From Candidatus Omnitrophota bacterium (GTDB lineage: Bacteria > Omnitrophota > Gorgyraeia > Aquiviventales > Aquiviventaceae), in assembly GCA_023247235.1 (NCBI GenBank), contig JAHFGW010000001.1, positions 64,586-128,114 on the forward strand: a stretch of 63,529 nt of DNA, read 5' to 3'. Position 1 is the first letter of the stretch, and each line of letters starts with the position of its first letter. A program made the translations under genes and the position numbers. Of the stretch, positions 51,404 through 59,799 are shown one piece after another. The notes below the pieces were generated by a model, which was not told the DNA's origin, did not search any database, and saw only the letters and a program-made list of their open reading frames with translations.

Positions 51404-51925
51404 ATGCGTCACGCCAAGCGCTCTCAGCGTCTGTCCCGCCCGCGCCATCAGCGCGACGCGCTCCTGGATGGCTTGGTGCGCCACCTGATTCTCCACGATC
51501 AGATCCGCACGACCCACGCGCGGGCCAAAGAAGCCCAGCGGCTCGCCGACCGGCTGGTCACGTTGGGCAAGGATGGCAGCGTGAGCGCCAGACGGCGGGC
51601 GCTGGTCATCCTGCGCGATCGCAGCCTTGTCAGGCAACTCTTCGTGGACGTCGCCCCTCGTTTTCTGGAGCGCGCGGGCGGCTACACGCGCGTCGTGCGC
51701 CTGGGCATGCGGCGCGGCGACGGCGCCCAGGAAGCGGTCCTGGCCTTCAGCCTCCTGAGGGCGCAAGAGCCGGCCAAGCCGCAGGCCGCCAGGGCCCAGG
51801 CTCCGCCGAAACCCGGTAGTCCGCCCAAGCCGCAGCCTGAGGCGGCGCCCGAGAAGCCGAAGAAGTTCTTCGAGGGCCTGCGGTCGCTGTGGACGCGCAA
51901 GCGATCGCAAGCACACGCGCCTTGA
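51404..51925 (+). CDS. rplQ: 50S ribosomal protein L17 with Pro/Ala/Lys-rich tail
   Basis: MRHAKRSQRLSRPRHQR start, bL17 core. Confidence 0.94.
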   Translation: MRHAKRSQRLSRPRHQRDALLDGLVRHLILHDQIRTTHARAKEAQRLADRLVTLGKDGSVSARRRALVILRDRSLVRQLFVDVAPRFLERAGGYTRVVRLGMRRGDGAQEAVLAFSLLRAQEPAKPQAARAQAPPKPGSPPKPQPEAAPEKPKKFFEGLRSLWTRKRSQAHAP

Positions 51926-53100
51926 CCGCGCTCACCCTGCCTGAACGCCTTCGCGACGTCGAAGGCTCACCCACGCTTGCCCTGGCCGCCAAGGCCAAGG
52001 CGCTGGCCAACGCCGGCAAGCCGGTCTTGGATTTTACGGCCGGCGAGCCGGATTTTCCGACGCCGGATCCCGTCAAGCGTGCAGGCATCCGGGCGATCGA
52101 GTCGAATCAGACCCGCTATACCCCGGTCGCAGGATTACCCGAGCTGCGGGCCGCCGTCGCCCAGCAGGTCAACCGGACCCGGCACACGAACTATTCCGCT
52201 GCCCACGTGCTGGTGAGCTGCGGCGCCAAGCACGCGCTCTTTAACGTCTTCCAGGCGCTGTGCCAACCGGGCGACGAAGTCATCCTGCTCAGCCCGTATT
52301 GGGTCAGCTTTCCGGCGCTGGTCCGTTTGGCAGGCGCCAAGCCGGTGATTGTGCCGACACAGGAGGCGGACGGCTTCCAGCCGGATCTTGCGGCGATCCG
52401 CAACGCGATATCCGGCGCGACCAAAGCGCTCGTCATCAACAGCCCGAGCAACCCGACCGGCGCCGTCGTCTCCAAGGCTCGACTGGAGGCGTTGGCCGCC
52501 CTGGCGCTGGAGCGGCACCTGGTCGTGATCAGCGATGAGATTTACGACGAACTCGTCTACCCGCCGGCCGCCCATCGCTCTATCACGCAACTCAACCCGC
52601 AGATGGCGGATTGCACCGTGCTCATCGGCGGGGTCTCCAAGACCTACAGCATGACCGGGTGGCGGATTGGGTGGGCCGTCGGCCCGGAACCGCTCGTCGA
52701 GGCCATGACGACGCTGCAGAGCCATTCGACGTCGAATCCCACGTCCATCAGCCAGCATGCGGCCTTGGCCGCGCTGACCGGCGAGCAATCCTCTGTTGCG
52801 GCGATGCGAAAGGAATTCCTGGCTCGCCGTGACCGGCTGGTCCAGGGCCTGGCTGCGCTCCCCGGGTTGCGTGTCAAGACACCCGAGGGAGCGTTCTATG
52901 CGTGGTGCAATGTCCGTGGCCTGGGGCAGTCGGCCCAGGCCACCGCGCAACAGTGGTTGGACGAGGCGCTCGTGGCGACGGTCCCCGGCGAAGGATTCGG
53001 GTCCTCCGAGCACATCCGCTTCAGCTTTGCGACGAGCCTGCAGACGATTGACGACGCGTTGCGGCGGCTCGACAGCTGGTGCCGCAAACGGAGTTCATAG
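51889..53100 (+). CDS. aspartate/aromatic aminotransferase, class I PLP enzyme
   Basis: DFTAGEPDFPTP, NSPSNPTG and SKTYSMTGWRIGW (PLP lysine) motifs. The start is GTG 51889 or TTG 51922. Confidence 0.85.
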   Translation: MDAQAIASTRALTALTLPERLRDVEGSPTLALAAKAKALANAGKPVLDFTAGEPDFPTPDPVKRAGIRAIESNQTRYTPVAGLPELRAAVAQQVNRTRHTNYSAAHVLVSCGAKHALFNVFQALCQPGDEVILLSPYWVSFPALVRLAGAKPVIVPTQEADGFQPDLAAIRNAISGATKALVINSPSNPTGAVVSKARLEALAALALERHLVVISDEIYDELVYPPAAHRSITQLNPQMADCTVLIGGVSKTYSMTGWRIGWAVGPEPLVEAMTTLQSHSTSNPTSISQHAALAALTGEQSSVAAMRKEFLARRDRLVQGLAALPGLRVKTPEGAFYAWCNVRGLGQSAQATAQQWLDEALVATVPGEGFGSSEHIRFSFATSLQTIDDALRRLDSWCRKRSS

Positions 53101-53228
53101 TTCATAGTTCATAGTTCATAGTTCGTAGTTCGGTGTTCGGTGCGGATGAGCTTCAGACTGATCTCGCTCGGAGATACTCTAGCATTGCCCTTACTATGAA
53201 CTACGAACAATGAACACCGAACGAATGA
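53092..53228 (+). repeat. heptamer-array hairpin H10 (AGTTCAT x4, AGTTCGT, AGTTCGG, TGTTCGG / 48-nt loop / CTATGAA CTACGAA CAATGAA CACCGAA CGAATGA)
   Basis: Seven left and five right heptamers. The array starts inside the last codons of the aminotransferase and ends 1 nt before the icd ATG. Confidence 0.85.
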
Positions 53229-53229
53229 C

Positions 53230-54333
53230 ATGGCCCATCGTGTAACCTTCATCCCTGGAGACGGCATCGGCCCTGAAGTCGCATGGGCGGCCCGGCGCTG
53301 CCTGGAGGCCACCGGGGTCGCCTTCATCTGGGATGAGCGGTTGGCCGGGGAGGCGGCGCTCAAGCAGACGAACACCCTCTTGCCCGAGGACACGCTGCGC
53401 TCGATTCGGGAGAACCGCGTGGCGATCAAGGGCCCGATTACGACCCCCATCGGCAAGGGGTTTCGATCCGTCAATGTCGCCTTGCGTAAGCAGCTGAATC
53501 TGTATGCCTGCGTGCGTCCCTGCCGCTCCTACGCGGGCGTCCCGGCGCCGGTCCGGGACGTTGATCTGATTATCGTGCGCGAGAATACCGAGGACCTCTA
53601 CGCAGGAATCGAATTCCCGGCCGGGGAACCCCGCACCCGGCAACTCATCGACCAGTTGGTGGAATGGTCGAAGCAACCGATTCAACCCGACGCGGGCATC
53701 AGCATCAAACCCATCTCCGCCAGCGCGACCGAGCGCATCACGCGCTTCGCTTGCGAGTACGCGCTGGCTCGCGGGCGCAAGAAGGTCACCGCCATCCACA
53801 AGGCCAATATCATGAAATTCACCGACGGCCTGTTTATGGAGGTCTCCCGCCGCGTGGGCCAGGAGTATCAAGGCCGCCTGGTTTTCGAGGACCGTTTGGT
53901 GGACGCCGCCAGCATGCAGCTCGTGTTGCGGCCCCAGGAGTTCGACGTCCTGCTGCTGCCAAATCTCTACGGCGATATCCTCTCGGATCTCTGCGCCGGG
54001 CTGGTCGGCGGGCTGGGCGTGGCCCCTGGGGCCAACCTCGGCGATGACGCCGCGGTCTTCGAGGCGGTGCACGGCAGCGCCCCGAAATATCAGGGGCTGA
54101 ATAAGGTGAACCCGACCGCCATGATTCTCTCCGGCGTCATGATGCTGCGGCACCTTGGGGAGCGCGAAGCGGCTGATCGTCTTGAGCAGGCCGTGGCCGC
54201 CGTGTTGCGTGAAGGCCGCGTGGTGACCTATGATTTGAAACCCACACGGAATGATGTCAGCGCCGTGGGGACCAGCGAGATGACTGACGCCATTATTCAA
54301 CGGTTGAAGATCGTCAAGACTCAGGTTCTCTGA
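53230..54333 (+). CDS. icd: NAD-type isocitrate dehydrogenase (isocitrate/isopropylmalate dehydrogenase family)
   Basis: GDGIGPEV, GFRSVNVALRKQLNLYACVRPC and NLYGDILSDL motifs, 367 aa. Substrate specificity is inferred. Confidence 0.75.
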   Translation: MAHRVTFIPGDGIGPEVAWAARRCLEATGVAFIWDERLAGEAALKQTNTLLPEDTLRSIRENRVAIKGPITTPIGKGFRSVNVALRKQLNLYACVRPCRSYAGVPAPVRDVDLIIVRENTEDLYAGIEFPAGEPRTRQLIDQLVEWSKQPIQPDAGISIKPISASATERITRFACEYALARGRKKVTAIHKANIMKFTDGLFMEVSRRVGQEYQGRLVFEDRLVDAASMQLVLRPQEFDVLLLPNLYGDILSDLCAGLVGGLGVAPGANLGDDAAVFEAVHGSAPKYQGLNKVNPTAMILSGVMMLRHLGEREAADRLEQAVAAVLREGRVVTYDLKPTRNDVSAVGTSEMTDAIIQRLKIVKTQVL

Positions 54334-54340
54334 GAGCCTC

Positions 54341-55261
54341 TTGATGCCGCGATACCCTCGGTGGCTCAAGCGCGAGTTTTCGCCTAACGGCACGGTCCGC
54401 ACCGTGCGCGGCCTGCTCACGGATCTGGAACTCGAGACAGTCTGCGAGCAGGCGCGCTGCCCCAATCTCACGGAGTGCTGGGCGCAGCGCCAGCTCACCT
54501 TCATGATCCTCGGGCAGCGCTGCACGCGCGCCTGCGGCTTCTGCGCGGTGGAGCACGGGCGGCCCCGCCCGGTCGATCCGCAGGAACCCAAGCGAGTGGC
54601 GGAGGCGGTGCAGCGGCTCGGACTGCGCCATGCGGTGATCACCTCGGTCGCGCGGGATGAGCTGGCCGATGAGGGCGCCGGACATTTCGTTGACGTCATC
54701 CGGGCCGTGAGGCAACGCAACCCTGGGGTGACGATCGAGGTCCTGGTGCCTGATTTTCATGGCCGTCCCACCCTGATCGCCCGCGTGGTCCAGGAAGGCC
54801 GTCCCGAGGTGTTTGCGCACAATGTCGAAACCGTCGAGCGCCTGTCTCCGCTGGTGCGGCCGCAGGCGGCCTATCGCCGGTCCCTCGGCGTGCTCCGCGA
54901 AGCCCAACACAGGGCCGAGGGAGCCAGCCTGATCAAGTCGAGCCTCATGGTGGGGTTGGGTGAGACGTTGGAAGAAGTTCGGCAGACATGTACGGACCTG
55001 GTCGCCTCTGGCGTATCGCATTTGACGATCGGCCAGTACCTGCGCCCGGATGCCAATCATCTGCCGGTGATGGACTATCTGAGTCCGCAGCGCTTTCAGC
55101 TCTATGAAACCGTGGCATACCGCGCAGGGCTGCGATGGGTCAAGGCTGGGCCCTTCGTCCGCAGCTCCTACCACGCGGTGGACGCGCTCATCCCAGCGCG
55201 GAATGAACTCTGCACTCCGCATGCCGCATTACCAGGAGGTCCACCTGCGAGGAGATCATGA
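54341..55261 (+). CDS. lipA: lipoyl synthase
   Basis: CPNLTECW plus radical-SAM CTRACGFC motifs. Confidence 0.93.
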   Translation: MMPRYPRWLKREFSPNGTVRTVRGLLTDLELETVCEQARCPNLTECWAQRQLTFMILGQRCTRACGFCAVEHGRPRPVDPQEPKRVAEAVQRLGLRHAVITSVARDELADEGAGHFVDVIRAVRQRNPGVTIEVLVPDFHGRPTLIARVVQEGRPEVFAHNVETVERLSPLVRPQAAYRRSLGVLREAQHRAEGASLIKSSLMVGLGETLEEVRQTCTDLVASGVSHLTIGQYLRPDANHLPVMDYLSPQRFQLYETVAYRAGLRWVKAGPFVRSSYHAVDALIPARNELCTPHAALPGGPPARRS

Positions 55262-56547
55262 GGCGATTACACCCTCGGTCCTTGCATCCGTCGATCACGC
55301 AGATCCAGCGTCGGCTCCGCGAACGAGAGAAGCTTGAGCGCGAGCGTCGCAACCGCCAGGCCTTTCCGGAGGCTCATCGCCTGCGCCGGCTGCCGCTGTA
55401 TCTGTTCAGCATCCTGGATGAGCTGAAGGCCCAGGCGCGGCGCGAGGGGATTGACGTCATCGATCTGGGCATGGGAGACCCTGACATTCCTCCACCCAAA
55501 CACGTCATCGATGAGCTGGTGAAGCGCGGGCGCCGACCGGAGAACCACCGCTATTCGCGCAAAGACGGAGAAGTCGAACAGCGAGTCACCGAGGCGATCG
55601 CCGCGTGGTACCAGCGGAAGTTCCATGTCTCGCTGGATCCCAAGACCGAGGTGTTGCCGCTGTTGGGCTCCAAAGAAGGCATTGCGCACCTGTCCTTGGC
55701 ATTTCTCAACCACGACGACATTGCGCTGGTGCCCAGCCCGGCCTATCCGGTGCACTTCAACGGCATCATCCTGGCCGGCGGCATCCTGTACAGCATTCCG
55801 CTGTCGGCTGAGCGAGGCTACCTTCCGGATCTGAGCACCATCAATCGCGAAGTGCTGAAGATGGCGAAGATGCTGTTCATCAGCTACCCGAACAACCCGA
55901 CCACGGCCGTGGCGGATCTGAAGTTCTTCAAGGAGATCGTCGCCTGGGCCCGCAAGTACCACATCATGGTCGTCCATGACTTCGCGTATTCAGATTTCGT
56001 GTTCGAGGGACCCAGGGCGCCCAGCATCTTTGAGGTGCCCCGCGCCAAGGAGATCGCGGTCGAATTTCATACGCTGTCCAAGTCCTACGGGGCGCCGGGC
56101 CTCCGCTTCGGATTTGCGGCCGGCAACCGCGAGATCCTCGCGTCGCTGGCGAAGACGAAGCACTATGTGGACTTTGGGATTTTCCGGGCGGTGCAGTGGG
56201 CCGCCATCCAGGCGTTGACGGGTCCGCAGGACGATGTCCGGCGGGCCGTCGACACCTACCGCAAGCGGCGAGACGTCTTCGTGCCCGGGCTGCGGCGCAT
56301 CGGCTGGGACGTCGCGATGCCCAAGGGGACCTTCTATGTCTGGGCGAAAATTCCGCGCAAGTTCAGCGCCCTCACCTCGCTGGAATTCGCGACGCTGCTG
56401 ATGCACGAAGCGGGCGTGGTCGTCGCGCCGGGCAGCGGCTTCGGCGAGAACGGGGAAGGATACATCCGGTTTGCCCTCGTCGAGCCAGCGCCGAGGCTGC
56501 GCGAGGCGGTCAAGCGGATCGAGCGGGTCTTGCGCATGCAAGACTGA
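55258..56547 (+). CDS. class I PLP aminotransferase (LL-diaminopimelate/alanine aminotransferase-like)
   Basis: LGMGDPD, NNPT and LSKSYGAPGLRFGF motifs. ATGA overlap with lipA. About 40 aa at the N-terminus are basic and may not all be real. Confidence 0.75.
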   Translation: MRRLHPRSLHPSITQIQRRLREREKLERERRNRQAFPEAHRLRRLPLYLFSILDELKAQARREGIDVIDLGMGDPDIPPPKHVIDELVKRGRRPENHRYSRKDGEVEQRVTEAIAAWYQRKFHVSLDPKTEVLPLLGSKEGIAHLSLAFLNHDDIALVPSPAYPVHFNGIILAGGILYSIPLSAERGYLPDLSTINREVLKMAKMLFISYPNNPTTAVADLKFFKEIVAWARKYHIMVVHDFAYSDFVFEGPRAPSIFEVPRAKEIAVEFHTLSKSYGAPGLRFGFAAGNREILASLAKTKHYVDFGIFRAVQWAAIQALTGPQDDVRRAVDTYRKRRDVFVPGLRRIGWDVAMPKGTFYVWAKIPRKFSALTSLEFATLLMHEAGVVVAPGSGFGENGEGYIRFALVEPAPRLREAVKRIERVLRMQD

Positions 56548-56569
56548 CCTTACTCGGAGAGCCTTCTCC

Positions 56570-56680
56570 TGTGTTATGTGTAAGGTGTAAGGTGTCATGT
56601 GCATGACCAAATTGAAGAGGCTCGTCCGCGATACCTGTTCGGTCGCATTACCTTACGCATTACGCATGTCACATTCAACA
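56570..56680 (+). repeat. heptamer-array hairpin H11 (TGTGTTA TGTGTAA GGTGTAA GGTGTCA TGTGCAT / loop / CATTACC TTACGCA TTACGCA TGTCACA TTCAACA)
   Basis: Same TGTGTAA/TTACACA unit family as H6-H8, but outside the ribosomal operons. Confidence 0.8.
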
Positions 56681-56705
56681 GACGAAGGATTTTCTTCAGC
56701 CTGAC

Positions 56706-57911
56706 ATGTGGGGCGGCCATCCCATGGGCGAATCGAACGGCCCGCGGGACCTTGGGACCTCGGGCCCGGCTGTGCTGCCAAGCGGGCCGCGGGTCCTGCT
56801 CATGCACGTCAGCACCCACCTCGGCCACCAGCAGGCCAGCCGCGCGATCGGCCAGACCGTGCAGCGCCTGTATCCTCAAGCCCACGTCACCAGCGTGGAT
56901 GCTTCGCAGTACGCGAGCCGCCTGGTCCGTTGGGCCATCGCGCAGTCCTATCTTTCGCTCATCCGCCATCAGCCCGACGTCTGGGAGTACCTCTACGACA
57001 ATCCGACCGTCCATCGCCGCATTCAGTGGCTTCGGACGCTGCTCCACCACTATCACGCCGCCAACCTGGGTCGCCTGCTTGAAACCGTCCGCCCGGATGT
57101 CATCGCCTGCACGCAGGCGTATCCCTGCGGGATCGCCGCGCACTTCAAGCGCGTGCACCAGGTGTCTATTCCGCTGGTAGGGGTCCTGACAGATTACGCC
57201 CCGCACCTGTATTGGTTCCATGACGACGTGGATGTCTATGTCGTCCCCTCGGAAGAAGTGAAGCAACGTTTCCTCGCCCGTGGCGTCGAAACCTCCCGGA
57301 TCCGCGTGCTGGGCATCCCCATTGACCTGCGCTTCCTCGAGCAGGTGGACCGCGCGGCCTTGGCGCGGGAGTTCGGTCTGGACCTTGCCGATCCGATCAT
57401 CCTCATCATGGGAGGCGGCAGCGGCTTCGGGCCGCTGCGCGAGATCGTCATGAACCTGGATCGCCTGCCGCATCCCTGCCAATTCATCGTCGTCGCAGGC
57501 AGGAACCTGGCCCTGCACCACTGGCTGATGCGCCAGCGATTCCGGCACCGGATCGTCAGCTTCGGCTATATCCGCATGATCCCGCAACTCATGGACTTGG
57601 CGACCCTGCTGATCAGCAAGCCCGGCGGGCTGACCACCTCGGAAGCGCTCGCCAAGCGGTTGCCGCTGGTCATGGTGAATCCGATCCCGGGCCAAGAGGC
57701 CTATAACGCCCGCTATCTGCTGGCCCAGGGCGCGGCGGTGCAAGCGAACTCTGCGGAGACGGTCCGCCAAACGGTGCGGGATCTCTTGGATGATCCCGAG
57801 CGCATCGAGGCCCTGCGTCGCCGCATTGACGAAGTCGCCCGGCCCATGGCCTCCGTGGATATCGCGCGGCTGCTCGTGTCGCTGGTCGAGCAGGCCCGCG
57901 TCAGCGCGTAG
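56706..57911 (+). CDS. MGDG-synthase-like diacylglycerol glycosyltransferase (GT28 family)
   Basis: N-terminal MGDG_synth-like region (LLMHVSTHLGHQQASRAI...) and C-terminal GT-B region (ISKPGGLTTSEALA). The start is uncertain. Confidence 0.75.
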   Translation: MWGGHPMGESNGPRDLGTSGPAVLPSGPRVLLMHVSTHLGHQQASRAIGQTVQRLYPQAHVTSVDASQYASRLVRWAIAQSYLSLIRHQPDVWEYLYDNPTVHRRIQWLRTLLHHYHAANLGRLLETVRPDVIACTQAYPCGIAAHFKRVHQVSIPLVGVLTDYAPHLYWFHDDVDVYVVPSEEVKQRFLARGVETSRIRVLGIPIDLRFLEQVDRAALAREFGLDLADPIILIMGGGSGFGPLREIVMNLDRLPHPCQFIVVAGRNLALHHWLMRQRFRHRIVSFGYIRMIPQLMDLATLLISKPGGLTTSEALAKRLPLVMVNPIPGQEAYNARYLLAQGAAVQANSAETVRQTVRDLLDDPERIEALRRRIDEVARPMASVDIARLLVSLVEQARVSA

Positions 57912-57916
57912 CGCCC

Positions 57917-58828
57917 ATGGACGCGTGGTACCGGCTGGCCCGTTCCGTGAGTCGGGGGCTTCCCAGCTCATGGGCCTGGAGTTGCGCGGATCGCGCGGCC
58001 GATCTTCGATGGCTCAGCTGGGCCGCCGGGCGCCAAGGGGTGCAAGCGAACCTCGGCATGGTGCTCGGGAGCGCCGTCAGCGAGCGCTCAGCGCCGGTGC
58101 GCGAGGTCTTCCGCAACTTCGCCCGGTATCTGCTGGAACTCCTGGACCTCTCGCGCGCCGTGGAGCGCGCGACGCTGCGCGTCGAGGGCGACGCGTCCTT
58201 GGCGACCGTGAAGGCCCAAGGCGGCGGAGCGATTCTTGTGACCGCGCACGTGGGGAACTGGGAGCTCTTGGCGGCCGTGGCGGCGCGCCGGCTCGGTCTG
58301 TCAGTCAGCGCGGTGGCACTGCCCCATCCGGAGGAAGGCGTCGATCGCTTCTTCAACGCGCAACGGCAGCGGCAGGGGATCGAGCTCATCCCGCTGGGGC
58401 CCCAGGCGGGGCAAGAGAGCCTGCGCGCGCTGCGGCGCGGCCGAGCGCTGGGCGTCTTGGGCGATCGGCCATTCGGGGAGCCGGGCGTGTGGGTGCGCGC
58501 GTTTGGCCGGCTGATTCGGTTGCCGCGCGGCCCAGCGCTGATGAGCCTGCGCAGCCGGGCACCGATGGTGCCGATGTTTCTGATTCGTGAAGCTCGAACC
58601 CGGTTCCGCGTGGTGATGGACGCTCCAATTTGGCCCGGCCCTGAGGCAGGGGATCAGGCGGTCTTGACGCTCGTGCAATCCTATGCCGAATCGCTTGAGC
58701 GGCTTGTCCGCCGCGCGCCGACGCAATGGCTCCTCTTCGACGCCGTAGACGCCAAGCCCCTGCCGCGGCTGCGCGTGGGGGGCGCGCCGGCAGCCGAAGC
58801 CCCGCACGCCGTCGGCTCGACAGGATGA
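57917..58828 (+). CDS. HtrB/LpxL-family lipid acyltransferase
   Basis: Bacterial lauroyl/myristoyl acyltransferase pattern including AHVGNWELLA. Confidence 0.7.
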   Translation: MDAWYRLARSVSRGLPSSWAWSCADRAADLRWLSWAAGRQGVQANLGMVLGSAVSERSAPVREVFRNFARYLLELLDLSRAVERATLRVEGDASLATVKAQGGGAILVTAHVGNWELLAAVAARRLGLSVSAVALPHPEEGVDRFFNAQRQRQGIELIPLGPQAGQESLRALRRGRALGVLGDRPFGEPGVWVRAFGRLIRLPRGPALMSLRSRAPMVPMFLIREARTRFRVVMDAPIWPGPEAGDQAVLTLVQSYAESLERLVRRAPTQWLLFDAVDAKPLPRLRVGGAPAAEAPHAVGSTG

Positions 58829-59475
58829 ACTTCGACGAGCTGCGCCGCCGCATGATTGCGCAGCATCTGCGCGCCCGCGGCATCCAAGACGAGCGCGTCT
58901 TGGCCGCGTTTGCGAACGTGCCTCGCGACCTGTTCGTGCCTGAAGCCCTGCAGGCGCAGGCCTACGCGGATCACCCGCTGCCTATCGGCTCGGGCCAAAT
59001 GATTAGCCAGCCGTATATCGTGGCGCTCATGACCGAACTGCTCGAACTTCAGGGTCATGAGCGCGTCCTGGAAATCGGCACCGGATCAGGGTATCAGACC
59101 GCCATGTTGGCCCAGTTGGCCCTCGAGGTCTATTCCGTGGAGCGCTTGCCGGAGTTGGCGGCCCTCGCGGCCGAACGATTGCAGGCGCTCGGCTATCGGA
59201 ACGCCCATGTCCGCTATGCGGATGGGTCGTTTGGATGGCCAGAACAAGCTCCGTTTGACGGCATCATTGTCACGGCCGCCGTGCCGAAGGTCCCCGAGCC
59301 GCTGATCGCGCAGCTGGCCGAGGGGGGTCGCCTCGTGCTCCCGATTGGAACCCAAGCCGCGCAGACACTCGTCCAGGCGCGCAAGCGGCATGGCGCGCTC
59401 CAGCCCCGCGAGGTAGCCGCCTGCGTGTTCGTCCCGCTGCTTGGAGAGCATGGCTGGTCTGAGACCACGGAATGA
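58825..59475 (+). CDS. pcm: protein-L-isoaspartate O-methyltransferase
   Basis: VPRDLFVP, QMISQPYIVALM and VLEIGTGSGYQTA motifs. ATGA overlap with the preceding gene. Confidence 0.92.
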   Translation: MNFDELRRRMIAQHLRARGIQDERVLAAFANVPRDLFVPEALQAQAYADHPLPIGSGQMISQPYIVALMTELLELQGHERVLEIGTGSGYQTAMLAQLALEVYSVERLPELAALAAERLQALGYRNAHVRYADGSFGWPEQAPFDGIIVTAAVPKVPEPLIAQLAEGGRLVLPIGTQAAQTLVQARKRHGALQPREVAACVFVPLLGEHGWSETTE

Positions 59476-59492
59476 GGACTGCCCAGGGGCAA

Positions 59493-59521
59493 TTGACAGT
59501 CGTAACACCTCGTCTTATAAT
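59493..59521 (+). promoter_or_regulatory. consensus sigma-70 promoter TTGACA-N17-TATAAT upstream of rpsU
   Basis: Both hexamers are perfect with a 17-nt spacer. An AAAGGAG Shine-Dalgarno sequence and the ATG follow 27 nt later. Confidence 0.7.
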
Positions 59522-59548
59522 AACTTAACTACCCCGAAAGGAGATTCC

Positions 59549-59767
59549 ATGCCACGCGTTGAGGTTCGTGAAGACGAATCTCTAGAGAAGGCGTTGCGGC
59601 GCTTCAAACGGATGCTCGAACGTGAGGGCATCCTCAAGGCGCTCAAGGCGAAAAAGCACTACGAAAAGCCCAGTGAGCGCAAGCGCCGGGAGATGCGGCA
59701 GGCGATGAGCCGCCGCAACCGAGGTCCTCGGGGCGAGCGTCGGTCATTTGGCCGCGGCCCGAGATAG
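59549..59767 (+). CDS. rpsU: 30S ribosomal protein S21
   Basis: MPRVEVREDESLEKALRRFKR start. Internal ATG of ORF 59441..59767. Confidence 0.93.
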   Translation: MPRVEVREDESLEKALRRFKRMLEREGILKALKAKKHYEKPSERKRREMRQAMSRRNRGPRGERRSFGRGPR

Positions 59768-59799
59768 CGCGTCCGCGTTAGTGGAACCCTCCTGATCCC

